Shown: positions 1 through 14,419 of the stretch, piece after piece
How positions within the stretch are numbered: position 1 is the first letter of the stretch
How the letters are laid out: each line of letters begins with the position of its first letter
Origin: Azolla caroliniana
Lineage: Eukaryota; Plantae; Polypodiophyta
Length of the DNA: 64,000 nucleotides
Direction of reading: 5' to 3'
Assembly (NCBI GenBank): GCA_043228905.1
Contig: JBHGNT010000005.1
Coordinates: forward strand, 8,060,001-8,124,000
The notes under the pieces: model-generated
The model's input: the letters and a program-made list of their open reading frames with translations, nothing else
Told to the model about the DNA's origin: nothing
Databases searched by the model: none
Made by a program: the position numbers and the translations under genes

Positions 1-290
1 TTTTTCATCAAGTTAAAGACTCACCAACTGATTTGGTTAAAAGTATTTGGTTGGATATGATTCTTACTTTGAGGGGTCAATGGGATTGTATTGTTGGAAA
101 TTTTGACGATAAAGTTGCTCAACGTCGTGAGTTTCTTATCTTGTGGATAGCTACTCCACTTATGACCTCCAAGAATGGCAATCCTTGCTAGCACTTTCAG
201 CCACCAAAATGGTTGTTTCCTCCACCGATCACATATAGTTCAATACCTTGTAAATTGTTTACAGTAATGAAGGGATATCTTTAAAAAAAA
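1..290 (+). mobile_element. 3' end of an L1-type LINE (ORF2 C-terminus remnant + A-tail)
   Basis: Frame starting at nt 3 reads ...LVKSIWLDMILTLRGQWD...*HFQPPKWLFPPP. This aligns by eye with the ORF2 C-terminus of the full LINE (IKLIWHMLITTLRAQYE...RWLFPPP). A short A-run follows at ~283-290. Confidence 0.8.
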
Positions 291-2756
291 TGACAGTAGC
301 TATCGACAAACTTCAGTTGGATAGCAAGATTAGCAAGACCAGAAAGATCCGCTGCACAAATCTTGATGTAAAGATGGATTGCAATCATTCTTCAAGTGGG
401 AGATTATCAAGGAAATGAGAAGTAACCATTTTTTGTTTTAAAAAATGGGTGCTTAACTTAGGCAATTATCAATGGATGTGCATAACGATCGCCTAATTTC
501 TTGCCTTAATCCCACCAATCCACGTTATTTTGAAGCCTATATATACCCCTAAACTCACATTTGTAAATATCCCAAAAATTAGAGAATCAAGACAGAGTTT
601 AAAAGAAATCTTGTGAAAGAATTTTATGAAGAAACAATCTTGGATATAATTGAGTGTGGGTTGTGAGTTTTTGGTGTTATAAATGTTGTCTACTTTCTAC
701 CTTTAGTAAAACAATTGTAGTAGGTTCGGAGATGTAGGCACAATTTGCAGAACTCCGTTATCGATTTTGTGTGTGTGTGTGTGTGTGTGCGCGCGCGCTA
801 TTCTCGTTGTTATTTTGTGTTCTCACTAATTTCGTTTATAAGGAAATCTACGTAAGTTTCTAAACACACCATGCCATACAATTTGTGGACATAAAGTGTT
901 TTGGTTTCTAGCTTACGGAACTACCAACAAGTAGATTTGCCATATTAAATAAAGGCTCAACCACATCCATTGGAAGAACACAACACCATCCATTGTAACT
1001 TGCCTCACCCGCACACACTATATTCCCCACAACTCACTTAAGCCCAAAATGGAAGATATTCAAGGCAAATGAGCTTATCTAGAGGGATTACCTTGGAGAG
1101 AGCTAAAGAACTCAAGCTTGGAGACAACATTAGAGAAGAAAGAGATAAAAGCCATGACTGGGAAGCATCGAGGGCTTGAGTTGAGACTCGCCAAGTACAA
1201 TAGTATGATTAAGATGATGCATTTCATGGGGCTTTGAGATGTTTCAAAATGGACAAGTTACCCTACTCTTTTTTTGTTTGGTGTTTGTTAAATTTTTGTA
1301 TTTCTTGAACAAGCAAATAAGTTATACCACTTATATGGATTTGTTCTCGGAGGCTACATTTGCCACATTAAAGACATTAATATTGCAATTTTTCTTCTTC
1401 CTCTCGGGGGCATTGAGTTATTATCTCATTATACCAATGGTGGAAAAACGGTTTGGATATTTGTGTTTTTATTCTCCATCATGGATATTAATCTCTCTTT
1501 ATTAAAAAACCATATGGAGATAGGGACATGGCCTTGGAGCAGTGCTATGCATGCATGTCTCATTGTTTATATAAATTGCCATTTCATTGTGATAAGTAAT
1601 AAATAGATGTTAATGCCCATTCCATGTCAATCTTATCGAAAATGTAGCTTCTCAAGGTCTACAACATGCCCATAAAAAAAATAGAACGTAGGTTCCTCCT
1701 TATATTCAAGTTGTGAAGTAATGAATAAAGAATACACTTGGATGAGATGTTACTTTCTCAACCAAAGTGATTTGAGGTAGATGAGACATATTTATGGTAT
1801 ACTTCTAATGTATCTATGGTTATAAACCTTTTGAGTTAATATTGAAGAGTTTGATGCTCAATAAATTTCTTGGAGAAAGTATCTTCTTCTTTTTTCAATA
1901 ACATATGAAAAATCATACAGTTCAAATGCATATTCCAGCAGTGGAGGGCCAGAGTGTGACATCATCAAGCAAGATACGAAAGATATGTCAAAATGTTTGC
2001 ATGTTATGTTGTTTCTGAATTGTGCAAACAATTGCAATTCGGAAAAGACGAATATCATTTTTCGATGAGTTACAAGTTTTCAAGACTAAGATATGTGGTG
2101 ATGAGATACTGACATGAGAAGTACGGACACATTTTCGTCAACAATATTCGCGGTGTCGGTAACATGAATCGAAGAAAAGGCAAAGGAAAAAAAAGGAAAA
2201 GGGCAAAGTGTGTTGAAAGTGGGTGTCCATCCATGATTCACGAATGAATTCGGAATGATCCTTGTATGTGTGTGTGTGTGTGTTTTGCATTTGGATCGTA
2301 TGGCGACAACGCAACAGACAAATACCATAAAGTTGGGATTGATGGCAAGATATTGTGGAAAAATGGATCGGAGATCTTTCGTCGCCATGTTACATGACAA
2401 ACTTGCGAGGATCCGAGTGGTGCTTTGATCTGGTGCCTCACCTTAGAAGCTCATTATGTGAACTAAATGACATGGTGATTAAGCTTATGGGATGTGGGGT
2501 CCTTGACAAAGCCTAAAAGGTACCTAGGTGAAAGATTCTTTACAAGAAGAACAAAAGCAACCTATGGGTTTTCCACTCTGCTTCTTCTTCCTTTCTTTGT
2601 GTGTGCCTTAAAAGGAAAGGTCTCTCTCTGTCTCTTTTGTAAGTTGTTACACTACTAGCACTAGGTGTTGGGTTCAAAACCCAATTCTCACATATCTATT
2701 ACTTCAAAGATATCTCTTAATTCACTAGATGCCACCGGGGAATGTAGGATGGGTTG

Positions 2757-2759
<3 letters not shown>

Positions 2760-2798
<39 letters not shown>
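2760..2798. repeat. (CT)n microsatellite
   Basis: Uninterrupted CT run. Confidence 0.95.
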
Positions 2799-2803
<5 letters not shown>

Positions 2804-2884
2804 TTAGTTAAAAAGAGAGAGGTGCATTCACAACAAGTTCTAACACAAACAATATGCATACATGGGTTGTAGTAGGACAAGTAA

Positions 2885-3395
2885 TTAATGAGTGCTTGAG
2901 TTGCTAATCATAATGGTGTTGATGTGAAGCAAGCAAGGCAATTCCTTAAGTAGTGCTTGAGCTGCTAATCATAGTAGTGTTGTGTGAAGCAAGGCAATTA
3001 CTTTAAGTAGTGCTTGGGTTGCTAATCAAGGTGGTGTTGTGTGAAGCAAGGTAATTACTTAAGGAGTGAGTCAAGCAAAACCAGGTGATTAGTATGAAGC
3101 AAGGTAAATTAATTAGTGAGTCTAGCGAATAGGTGATTAGTAAGAAGCAAGGCAATTAGTGAATGAAGCAAAACCAGGTGATTAGTGAGAAGCAAGGCAC
3201 TAAATCAATCAGTGAGTGAAGCAAAACCAGGTGATTAGTGAGAAGCAAGGTAGTAAATCAATCAGGGAGTGAAGCAAAACCAGGTGATTAGTGAGAAGCA
3301 AGGTACGAAATCAATCAGGGAGTGAAGCAAAACCAGGTGATTAGTGAGAAGCAAGGTACGAAATCAATCAGGGGGTGAAGCAAAACCAGGTGGGT
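2885..3395 (+). repeat. Tandem minisatellite (53-bp units, with degenerate ~57-bp units upstream) directly 5' of the DUF761-like gene
   Basis: GAAGCAAAACCAGGTG recurs at 3165, 3218, 3271, 3324 and 3377 (period 53). Related AGTGCTTG.G.TGCTAATCA units at ~2890, 2950 and 3007. Confidence 0.85.
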
Positions 3396-3447
3396 GTGAT
3401 TGATTAGGAAGGAGAAGAAGAAGAAGAAAGGCATAGGTCTGTGGGAG

Positions 3448-4467
3448 ATGGTGAGAAGAGCCATGGAAGGTGTGTGGAGACATAGGAAGGCCATTCTGTA
3501 TGCAGTGAGCATAGCTTCATTGGCAGGGAACATGGTGGCCCTGACAGGAGCACCTGGCAAGAAATCCTCCTCCTCCTCCCCTGTTGGAGCCTTGATTCTG
3601 CAGGGATGGGCTCTGTGGACATGGATGCACCCTAATTATCAGCGCTGCTACCTCCTCCTCCTCTCTTCTCTTCGCAGTAGCCTCCTCCAATCCATCCTCC
3701 TCAACTGCATACTCATCGTCATTCTGCTCAAATCAGGGCTTCTGGCCCGCGCCGCCGCCAGAGGAAGACGAAGAGTCGGCAGCGTTCAAGCATTCCTTAA
3801 CTTCCTCGAATCTGAAGAAGCAGGAGCAGAAGCAGAAGCAGAAGCAGAAGCAGAAGAAGCGAGTGAAGATCCAAACCCTAGCCATTTCGCAGGAGCAGAA
3901 GCAGATGCAGAAGCCGAAAATCCAAACCCTAGCCAAGATGAGGCGCCTCAAGAAGCTGAGCCTGCAGGATCGGCACGCGACCTCCACCAACACCCCCTAG
4001 GGTTGCAGCAGAAGCCTGAGCCGCCTGCCGTAGAAGAGGGAGCGAGTGAAGAAGGCCGAGGCCCGACAGTGGTGAGGCGCGCCAGCCTCTTCACCATCGA
4101 GCTTGTCGACCTGAGATTCTCTGAGGATGACAAAGATGATGATGATGATGCAACTGGTGGAGATGAAGGTGAAGGCCGTGGTGATGGCAATGGCGATGGC
4201 GATGGTGATGGTGATGGTGATGGTAATGGCGGCATTCTACATGGCAATGCGGTGGTTAAGCTGGATTCCTCTGCTAATCCTGCTGCTAATCCTGCTGCTA
4301 ATGCTGCTGCTAATGATGATTATGCGCTGGGTCGGCAGGAGTTCAAGGAGCGGATAGAGACATACATCACCAAGTTCAAGCACAACCTGACAATGCAGCG
4401 CCAGGCTTCTTTCACACGCCTCTTCAACCTCTTGCAGCCTAATAATGATAACACAGAAAGAATCTAA
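3448..4467 (+). CDS. Intronless DUF761 (cotton-fibre-expressed)/DUF4408-like protein
   Basis: ORF 3400-4467, first in-frame ATG at 3448. Hydrophobic segment SILLNCILIVILLKSGLL is DUF4408-like. The middle is acidic and low-complexity. C-terminal QEFKERIETYITKFKHNLTMQRQAS resembles the DUF761 E...FI.KF...L.LQR..S motif. Confidence 0.7.
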   Translation: MVRRAMEGVWRHRKAILYAVSIASLAGNMVALTGAPGKKSSSSSPVGALILQGWALWTWMHPNYQRCYLLLLSSLRSSLLQSILLNCILIVILLKSGLLARAAARGRRRVGSVQAFLNFLESEEAGAEAEAEAEAEEASEDPNPSHFAGAEADAEAENPNPSQDEAPQEAEPAGSARDLHQHPLGLQQKPEPPAVEEGASEEGRGPTVVRRASLFTIELVDLRFSEDDKDDDDDATGGDEGEGRGDGNGDGDGDGDGDGNGGILHGNAVVKLDSSANPAANPAANAAANDDYALGRQEFKERIETYITKFKHNLTMQRQASFTRLFNLLQPNNDNTERI

Positions 4468-4509
4468 ACTCAATGATTCAGATGAGAACCATTTCTGCAA
4501 CTACTAATA

Positions 4510-4750
4510 TATCTGTTAACCAAGCTATGTATCTATGTATCTATCAATCATTCAATCTATCTATCTATCAATCAATCTATACATGTATTAATGTATCAAT
4601 GTGTCTATGTATCTATCAATCTATCTGTCTATCAATCAATCTATACATGTATTAATGTATCAATGTGTCTATGTATCTATCAATCTATCTATCTATCCAA
4701 TCCATCTATCTATATGTATGTATGCATGTATGTATCTATCATCATCATCA
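4510..4750. repeat. Compound tetranucleotide repeat (TCTA/TCAA/TGTA)n in the presumptive 3' UTR
   Basis: Interleaved tcta/tcaa/tgta units, with a duplicated ~60-bp higher-order block. Confidence 0.85.
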
Positions 4751-6125
4751 CTTTACCGATATAGTTGGTTAGTGCAGCTTCTCCATCTGACCTTCATCTT
4801 TTTCTCTCTCATTCTTGCTCTGCTTTTTTGGATCCCAATCAAAGATTAAAAACTTAAAACTTCCGTATTACACATCCAATAGCTGTAGTAGACCTACTAC
4901 CTACAGCAATAATCTTTCGTAAACTACATATTGAAATATAGTTAAGTTGTTACAACCATTACAGTATTGTTTTTTGTTTCACATTGTTCAAGGTGTTTGA
5001 GCTCACTTAGGATAGTTTGTGTTGATTTTTTGTGTCAGTGTCTCGGGGTCAGATGCATGATAATGCAATCGATCTCTTCATCCGCAGCAAACATCTTTAG
5101 CCCAATTTTCACGGATCTTTCTGTGGCCTCTAGGATTGGGGGTTTAATAGCATTGAAGACATGACATTGAGAGATTAACCCCAAGTTGGATCACCCCACC
5201 CTTTTCGGCTCGCCCCCATCTCATAGTTCACAATGAGTCTCCCCGTCAATTCTATCAATTCTGCTATAATTCCAATCCACCAAATCGCTATCTCATACAC
5301 ATTAATTAATTCTCCCCAACCCAATCTAATGCTAAAAAACAATTACTCCCTAATTCCCCACCACATTCCAATTACTCACTTTTCCTCTCATTGTCTGAAT
5401 TCTGTTCACAACTTTGGAAAAGACTTTCAGTCCCTAATCCTCACCCAAAGCACCCACATCACAAATTTACCAAAGTATGTGTATGCATATGCATCATGTA
5501 GGATTATGTTCAAGGTTCCTTTTTAACCTTTATCTAGAGGTAGCTTGAATCTTAGAGTGCCACACACTCTATCATGTCTTATTCTTCCACCTATATATGT
5601 TATAATTCTACACCACCCCTTTCTAGTTTTTGAGGTTGTCCATGCACGGCATCTAACTCATATCCATCCCTTTCACATGGGCCCATGCCGTAAGAAGATC
5701 ATAAGAAACTAGGAAAATTTAATAGCTCAGAGTAAAAGGAGATTCTATCTGGAGAAAGGTTGTAGATTCATTGATCTCATGGGACATAAGTTTTGCACCT
5801 TTTCAGAAAAGGATAGTTAAAAACACAAAGTCATTTATCCAAGGGATCACTTTTGGAATGCCCCCTTGCATATGATTGTGAATGTAACTTTTGTTAAGAT
5901 ATATGTAAACCTTATATTAGTTCTTCAACTGGTGTTGCAGTGTATCTTCATCCCAATGGATGAATAATAAATACTAAAGTGTAATGTCTTCATTGGTAGA
6001 ATAATCGCTTAATTTGAAGACTATCACAATTATGAAAGGATGCCAATATATTTCTCATGATGACACCCATATGTGCGTGAATTTAATCATTAGGGAAGAC
6101 AGTTAAATGAAGAAAGCATAACTGA

Positions 6126-6295
6126 TGATTAGTTGAATGCTACACAAATATGAAGAAAGTTGCACAAGACTTTACGTCCTTAATTTTAATTTTGAAACAT
6201 ACCAAGCATAACCAATGATTAATTGAATGCTACACAAATATGAAGAAAGTTGCACAAGATTTTACATCCTTAATTTTAAAATTTGAAACGTACCA
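6126..6295. repeat. ~90-bp direct tandem duplication
   Basis: TTGAATGCTACACAAATATGAAGAAAGTTGCACAAGA... occurs twice, ~90 bp apart. Confidence 0.8.
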
Positions 6296-7424
6296 CATTA
6301 TTTAAATTCACATAGCTACATGCAAGTTACCATGTGTGAAGCTCTTATATAATTGGGGTGCAATCATCATTACCAACAGTAGTGACATGCACATTAGATG
6401 CTCCCATGAAGATGAACTTGCAAATGGTGAACAATGTGGGGAGTGCTCCTTCATACCACAAATGCATGTGATGACTCAAATACAAAAATGAAGAATAATA
6501 GGAATACTGCATAGACTAAATGCTTGTCCATGTACAGTTAAGAGTTCTGTAAATTATCAGGCCCTTATGTCCAATTTCAAGATGAATCTATGCTACACAA
6601 TTAACAAATCATGTTTTCATTGCTATTAGGGAATATGTTTTATAAACATCACTTTGAGGATGGAGCATTATGTAAGCCTGTTCCTTCTTGTGCAAGACGC
6701 TTGACAAATATTTACAACAGGCTTGATGTAGTATAATAAACAAGGGTTTTCATCGATTTCTCTTGTATGATATTATTGGTCACAAGACGTGGCAAAGTAG
6801 GTGTACTTTAGAGTGAAGCAAAGGACGCAAGACAAGTGCGATATTAGTAAGTCCACAAAGGTAAATGCAAAGAGATGATTATGACAGGAAAGAAGGAAAC
6901 ATGAACTCTGGCTCCATTAGATATAGAGGGTTTTCATAAAAACGATGAAAGAATGTAGAGATATGATTATGAGAGCAGTGAAGGAAACATAAAAGTCCAG
7001 TTCCATTCGATATTTAAGGTTCTGTGAGAAGAAAAAACAACTGCATTGTGACTTCTCAAGGCAATAGACCTTCACGTGGAGTTTTTTGATGGAAACGATT
7101 CTCCAAATCATGTACCAGAGTAAATCTCAAATTCTGATCCATACTGTTTATTTTCAACACAAATCTATCCACATATCTGAAGTCCTAACTGCAGTTAGGA
7201 ATTTTTGTTTTAATGTACTATACACTGATCCAAAGGTTCATATATATAAACTCCAATCATCTGGCTTGCATGATTGGATGGTTACTTTGATAACAAAAAA
7301 TAGAGGCAGCTTACTAGGAAATCCGTGAGCGTGCCTTAAAATCAAATTATTTCCATTTTTCTTTTGGTCTGTATGTAGAATATAACAATCTTTTACCTAA
7401 GTTACACATTGAAATTCATACAGT

Positions 7425-10400
7425 TCAAACAGCAACTTGTATTTCTGGTTGCTTCCTCGACGAAATATCCCTCCCAAACAGGCCTGAAATTCCAGCTTCT
7501 GGATCATCTTGTTTCACTAATGATTCCCCTACCAAGACCTACATCAAATATTTATTGCACATTATCGACATTGAACATGACATAGAACAACATGCAGAAT
7601 CTTTTATTCCAAACGTTTCAAGCTATGTATCTTCAGAAGCCCAAGTTTTTCACTTCACAAACACGATAACTAATAAACAAAACTCTCTTGATAGAGGACA
7701 TTTATCCAAAAGGAGGAAAGTGAACAGTTATACAAAAGCGATTCAACATTTACTAGCAGCGGTAGTGAATGCTTACTGCTTGAACTCCTGCATTTTGAAC
7801 AATGGCTATGTCATCTGGGGTAAAAAGGCCGGATTCTCCAACCACCTACATGGCACCAGTAACAATCTCTCATTAAGTTTCATGTTGTAAAATAATCTAA
7901 CATGAGCATATAAAATTGCCATAAAGGTGGATATACCAATATGTTCCTTTCACGAATTTTCTTGCCCCTCTCTCCTTTCAGAAGTTCCACAGTGTTGTTT
8001 ATATCAACTTTAAAAGTTTCTGAACAACAATTTATGAATAATCAGATTACAATTTAGAATTGACAATCTGAATTGCAGTATTTGCCAACAAATCATTAGA
8101 CCAGGGTTTAACAATTCAACAATGTTTATGAAGAATGTGTACCAAAACTTTTGCCAAAAGCTAAAGATTACACAACTATTTTAATGCAAACATGGAACCA
8201 TTTTCAGATTGCTCATTGGTTTAAAACATCTAGAAACAAGGTCCATCTTAATCGTGGTATAACTACAGAGTTATCTGTACGAATATTTAGTTTCAAGATC
8301 ACATGCACATTCATCAACAGATTGCATTATTCCATATGTATTCAAGGAGGTATTCAGGATGATAATAATAGCCTACAAAGCCAACGGAGCACACGAGATT
8401 CTACACTAGTGCGACCCTGCATTCAAGCTGCAAGCTCAGTTGTTTCATATCTATCACAACCACCAAAAAACAATGCACATGCATATTCATCAACAAATTG
8501 CATTCTTACATATGCTCATTCACGATAATGATAGCATCCAAACCTAGATATTTACAACCGATGTGAATCCTTTCTTTGACAGCGACTTACTTTGCTACAA
8601 CAAATGCAAATGCCTCTTGCAATCAAAATATTTTATAAGAAAGAACTCACAAGTCAAATAATGTAAGTCTATATAAATAACCATACCAAGGTCTCGATTG
8701 TTTATCCCAATCAATCCAATCTCCTCAATGCCCAGCACACGGTCAAGTTCATGTGCAGTATGAACCTGAACCAAAAAGAAAACAAAAGAAAAAAAGGTTG
8801 AGCAAAATTTGGCATTTTATATGTGAAGTAAACTAATGTGGTTTACGACAGCACATAAAGATTACATCCTGCAAGTTGTCCAAGTTTAACCATAGAAAGT
8901 TTTGATCGGGCCAAAAGAACATGCAAAATGCATCACAAGCCGTGGTCTGTGCACGAATTTGCAAAATATCACTATCAATCAAAAAATACAAAATCCACTA
9001 AAGAACTAAACAAAAACATGATATCCAAGACATCATACCGTTTGATTAGTGAAACTAGAAAAGAGAACAAAAGACTAAGGCAAAAGAGTATTAGACAAAC
9101 ATTCCTTTCCCCAACTAAATCAACATGAGGATAGCTATGTAACAGGGAAAGCATGTGTCCATGTAGCCACATGCACTTGGAAGTACAGGACAGAAAAGAC
9201 AGTGAAACCTTTTCCACGATATGTAAGTCTTAAAACATCACGACATACCCAAAACCTCACATTATGCCAATCTAATCTGGCACCAAATGTCCTGATTACC
9301 TACGTGATTATAACCAATGGCTACATGTGGACAATTGTATCTTGTAATGACTAGCGAAACTGATGAAGAGATTAAATCTACCCTTACTGGTTTAGTATCT
9401 ACAATTACCAATTTAGCAAATGAGATTGGTGAGGATGAGATAACACATGATCTTATGAGTTTCCGGAAAGATATAACCTACAACAGATTATCTGATGAAT
9501 TGCTTGCCTGCTGTGTGGCACTTCACCAAATCTGATCTCCAATTCAGATAAAGCTGCTCCAAAGATGTGACAGAGACAGAATTATTACCATTTTAGTGTA
9601 TTCATCAGAACTCACAAATACACACCAATTTCCAGCAAATGAGGTTGCCCTACATAATTAGCAAAGCTACCGGTTTTTCTACTAGTTTTCAGTAGATGTT
9701 TTTAGAACATATAAAATTCAAAAGCCTTGTTTTGAAGCAACTAGTACAAGTTCGGTATTCTAAGAAATCGAAGTGGGAGTTCTTAAAAAAATCTATTCTA
9801 TACTGACCCATGGATATATTATCACACAGAACAGGATCACAAGCTAGAGAGAAAAAGTCTGCCCAATACTGGAGACATGAATCACACCAAAGGCGGGAAA
9901 TGGGATCAATTTTTTAATTCACCATAGTTCTTCAGAACGTTCATTAAGAGCTGTCAATATTGCACTTTCATAAACAAAAAAAGAGCAAAAAGCAAGCCCA
10001 TCTATTGTTTGGAATAACAATCTTGACTAGAGTTTTAAAACAGTTAAATGTGTCCTATCAATGTACCCATGTAATTAATTATTGAGCCCAGTCAACAGAC
10101 AAACAGTAAAGGGCAAATCAGACAGCTTGTCATCAGCCAAAGGACAAGAACATGCCTAGAGCAAGGATAAGGAAACCAGCATAAGCATAGCCCACTACTT
10201 CTTTTACCATATGAAAAATTCATTATGAATTATCATATTATTGACATAATTATCCAACATATGTAGTAAAACGAAAAATTCCAAGCTACTTTGAAATTTT
10301 TACATAGCCTCCAGAGAATCGATATTTTTTTTTATAAATCAGGAACTGATTCAACCTTAGGTTTAACCCAAGGTTAACCATATTCCAATTGGAAACGATT

Positions 10401-13400
10401 TGAGGTTTTAGGAGACCACCATGTACATTCCTATTGAAACCAAAGTGATTGTCAAACAATTATCCCTCATGAAGTCACAATGTAAGAAATGTCATGGCAA
10501 AATAGCAAGCAGCTTAACACTCGCTCGAAGCAAGGCAAATTATCTGAAGTAAACTTCAGAATCAATTTTCCCAGTATCATTATTGAGAAAATCAATCTTT
10601 TATAAGGGAGAACGTGCTACAACTGCAGAGCTAACCTAAAGTTAAAAGTTGCAGATTTAACTTAACCAAGAATTAAGAGAATCTAACTGGTCTGAAGTAT
10701 AGCCACAGCTAACTTTAGTTCAGTTAACCTAAACAAAGGAATTTAATTGGTTACACAAATTGCAGCTAATATAATCAGCTCATTTTGCTCATTACAAAAA
10801 ACTTGTCACTCATGTGCAAGGCCAATAGAGCATTGATTCTGTACATGGTTGATAGTATTCTATGCCAAGGATCATATTTAGGAAAGTGTGTTGCAGCTGT
10901 AGATTAGTCCCATCGTTCACAGCACTTCCCTACCATTGGCCCTGATTAGAGGAACTATATATATTTGTAACATCATCTTTGATTGCCATCAGCTATTCTG
11001 TGTATCAAGGTTATTTTAACATTAGGTAATCAATGGCTATTGTTTCAAGAGAAAACAATTGCATACCAAGTGATTTTCCTCATTTTTTAATGAAATGCAT
11101 ATAGTCTCAAGTGTGCTTGGTTGGAGGCCTTATGAAATGATAATATAGGAAATTCACAGATACAAACTAGAATCTTCCCCCTCCCCCACAGTGAGAAGGC
11201 TTCGTCATTTGTGAAAAATCTTAATCCTTAGTTTCTAAAAGATTGTTCCAATGTAGATTTCCTAACAGGTATGGACTGTAGACAAGATAAGGTTCTTGGT
11301 CCATACCCAATTGTCCATTATAATTTTTAGAAGGTTCCAAGCAAGTATGAAATCCCAGCCATTTAGCAAACGGAATGCAGAGCGTCAACTTGTAAAAAAT
11401 ACAAAGTTCTATTCTTCAGCTAAAATGTAACAAAAAGATACAACCAGACCTCTACAAGTGTAACCATTCCCAGCTTTTTGCAAATCTTTGTCAAATACCG
11501 AAGATCTTGATCAGGCAAAACAGCTGCTATTAAAAGAACTGCATCTGCTCCATGCAATCTTGCAAAGTAAAGCTGCCAAGCATCAATAATAAACTCCTTG
11601 CATAGGAGAGGACACTGTACAGTTCAGAAAACAAGAGTTACCCAGTTAGTTCAGCCTGATGCAACAACTATGTCAGCTTAAACTAATTTTTCCAGATATA
11701 ATGGAAGACCAGCACCTGAACTCCTGATAGCCGAACTGCTTTCAGGTACTCAAAATCTCCCTGTCAGCCAAAGCATCAAACTTATGTTTGAAGAGCAACT
11801 TGAAACTTCATCAACTTAATATATTAAGAGAATATACCTGAAAGTACTTGGAGTCAGTCAATATGCTTAGACAAGCAGCGCCGCCTTTCTCATAGGCTTT
11901 AGCAATGCGTACCTATAATGAAAACCATCGAGAAAGTTAAAAATACATTGCCACCACTGATAAAATATGGCAGCCTTCTAGATAAGAAAATAGATGTGTC
12001 CATATACTAACTGGGTCAAAATTGGGTTGGATAACTCCTTTACTAGGTGAAGCCTTCTTTACTTCAGCAATGAGAGCTGGAAGATTCGTTTCTGCACCCC
12101 GGATCTTTAAAGCTTCAACAAAATCTCTAGGTTGTGGTGCAGTTGAAAATTGTCTCATAATTGATGATAAGGGCATTCTCTCTTTCATCTAAGTTAAGTT
12201 CAAACAATTCAAGATATTCAGATCAACTAGAGAAATTTCCCACATTTTAACCAGTGTCATATATGTATTATGCATACTATCAAGTGCAAGTATGCATGGT
12301 TTGAACTTTTCATATTGATGAAATGGACATGGATATAGCTAACCTTATGTGTGCACGACATATGTATACCTAGCCAGCATTACATATGTATATGGTAACC
12401 CAATGTTCATATAATGTTTCTTTACAAATTCATGAATTTCCTTTTCATGTATGAAATAATACAAAGATATGAGAAAAAAATTTAATTTATCAGAACTTAT
12501 AAGAATATAGATAGATAGAGAATGAGGACTCCTTTTCCAGAACATTGAACCGGTAGCATAGCCTTTACTTGACACAGGTAGCTAGCATTTTATACGTATA
12601 TATATCATATAGCATATAGCTGTACACAGTTAGAAACATGCAAGTCCTATGTATAATTCCTGACACAATTTCTAGAATGCAGTACCTGAGCCACTTCTAA
12701 ATCTTTGTTCCAGATTATCTCTTCTAATATGTTCCTTGGAGTATTCCCTTCATTCTGCAATCTGAACTCAAAAGGACCAACATAATGCTGTGGCGGACCA
12801 GTGAAAGGTCTTCGGCGAACCTTTATACCTTGAGCAGCAAAAATTTCCTCTTCTATTTGTTTTTCTTGCCATCCTTTCCACTCGGGAGGTGGCGTGAACA
12901 GAGCCTGATGTGCATCTTTGGCTGCATCCGGAACGTGATCTGCCTTCTGAAACCATATGCCATGAAAAGCTTGTAAAGCTCAAAAATAAATCAAACAAAT
13001 ATTACTTGAACCTTTTAAGGTTATACAAGCATACAAGAAGTGTAACATCCAGATAGTAAGGACATTTAGTTTGAACTCCTAAAGATTCTAAAAGCATAAA
13101 AGGAATGTAAAACCAACAAACAAGAAGATCCATGTGAAACCTAAAAGTAAACTCTCATTTTGAGCTACTCAAGAATCTGCAAACAGAAAAAGCATGTGAT
13201 ACCAGAAAAACAAATTATGCATTTTGAACCTCTTCTGATAATGCCAGCATAGAATGCATTTAAAACCTCAATAAAATTCCCTACTTCGAACTTTTGAAGA
13301 ATCTACCAGTAGAAATGACATATAAAACGAGGAAACAACCGATGTAATTGAACCTTTCAAGACCATGCAAGCATTAAATGAATGTAAAACCAGACACGGA

Positions 13401-13759
13401 CTATCTATTTTTGAGCCCTTGAAGAAGGTTGACGCAGAAAAGGCATGTAAAACCACAAAAGCAAAAAAAATCCAAGCATGGGATGCAGGTGCAACAAAGA
13501 GAGAAAAAGGAGAGAAATCCAATTTTCGACTCTCTGGAAAGAAAGAAAAAAAAAAGGAAGTATGTAAAAGGAAGGGAAAGGCAAGGCACAGAACCTCCAT
13601 AGAGGAGCAGAGGATGGAAGATCCAGAGTGGCATCGACGGGTTTTCGATGGGAGAGGGGCGTGATGAGTCATGGAATGAAGAGACTGTTCCTTGATCGTC
13701 GACTGGAAGAATGAAGAAGAAGAAGGAGAAGCAATCGATTTCGTCGCGGCAAGCGCCAT
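7425..13759 (-). CDS. IGPS: Indole-3-glycerol-phosphate synthase, plastid-targeted, 10 exons, 410 aa
   Basis: Exons, all with GT-AG introns: 13759-13595, 12946-12686, 12188-12012, 11912-11838, 11760-11716, 11614-11450, 8765-8687, 8019-7937, 7845-7777, 7538-7425 (1233 nt, open frame). Ser-rich transit-peptide-like N-terminus. TrpC motifs: [81 protein letters not shown]. Confidence 0.95.
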
Positions 13760-14419
13760 AGCCTACCTGCCCTGCTCTTCTTCTATCCACAAGAGAGAAG
13801 AAGAAGATGAAGAAGGATTGATTGTCTGTCCCTCGTTAAGTGTTTAAACTGAAAGCAAAAAAAACATTCAGAAAAAACAAAACAATAGAAATATCTCTCT
13901 ACTTTTTCATAATTGTAACTATGACCCCCCCCACATAAAATACCTACACAAAAACATCAATACCTACTTTATCATAATTGTAAAAATATGCCCCCCACAT
14001 AATATCTCTACTTTGTCATGATTGTAAATATCCCACATGCAATATGTACATATATGTATACGTACACATATCTCTACTTTATCATAATTGTGGTCTGTAA
14101 ATATGCCCCACATTTATTTATTTATAATTTATATCACAACTCCAAATTTATATTTCTCTATTTTACCACAACTCCAAATATGCATCTCCAATTTTGTTTA
14201 TAAGTCGGCCTTGCTGATTGATCCCTAATGTTTAAATCCTTTGTAACTTTGATCAGATTAGCACTAATTATTAGCAAGCAACGAGTTTGAACCCTAATTT
14301 ATTGTTATTCACCTAACCTTAGGGGCCAATTCTAGAGGCCAATTTCAATGGGTTAAGAGTAGGATCAATAAGAAACCAATAAACCTAGACATGAGACAAA
14401 CCCATAAGAACCTATGACA

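Noticed and set aside
291-2750. LTR-like and gag-like decayed fragments
   Set aside because: Likely old retroelement debris, but I could not define termini, TSDs or convincing protein motifs.
3165-3395. Regularly spaced repeats resembling a CRISPR array
   Set aside because: The intervening sequences are themselves repeated, so there are no unique spacers. The context is eukaryotic and there are no cas genes. The same applies to 47755-47990.
9317-9535. 72-aa antisense ORF in the 2.7-kb IGPS intron 6
   Set aside because: Short, no recognisable domain and no supporting gene structure.
12944-12949. NAGNAG alternative acceptor at IGPS exon 2
   Set aside because: CAG is the strong site and AAG is weak. 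It would change one residue near the transit peptide and cannot be tested without transcripts.
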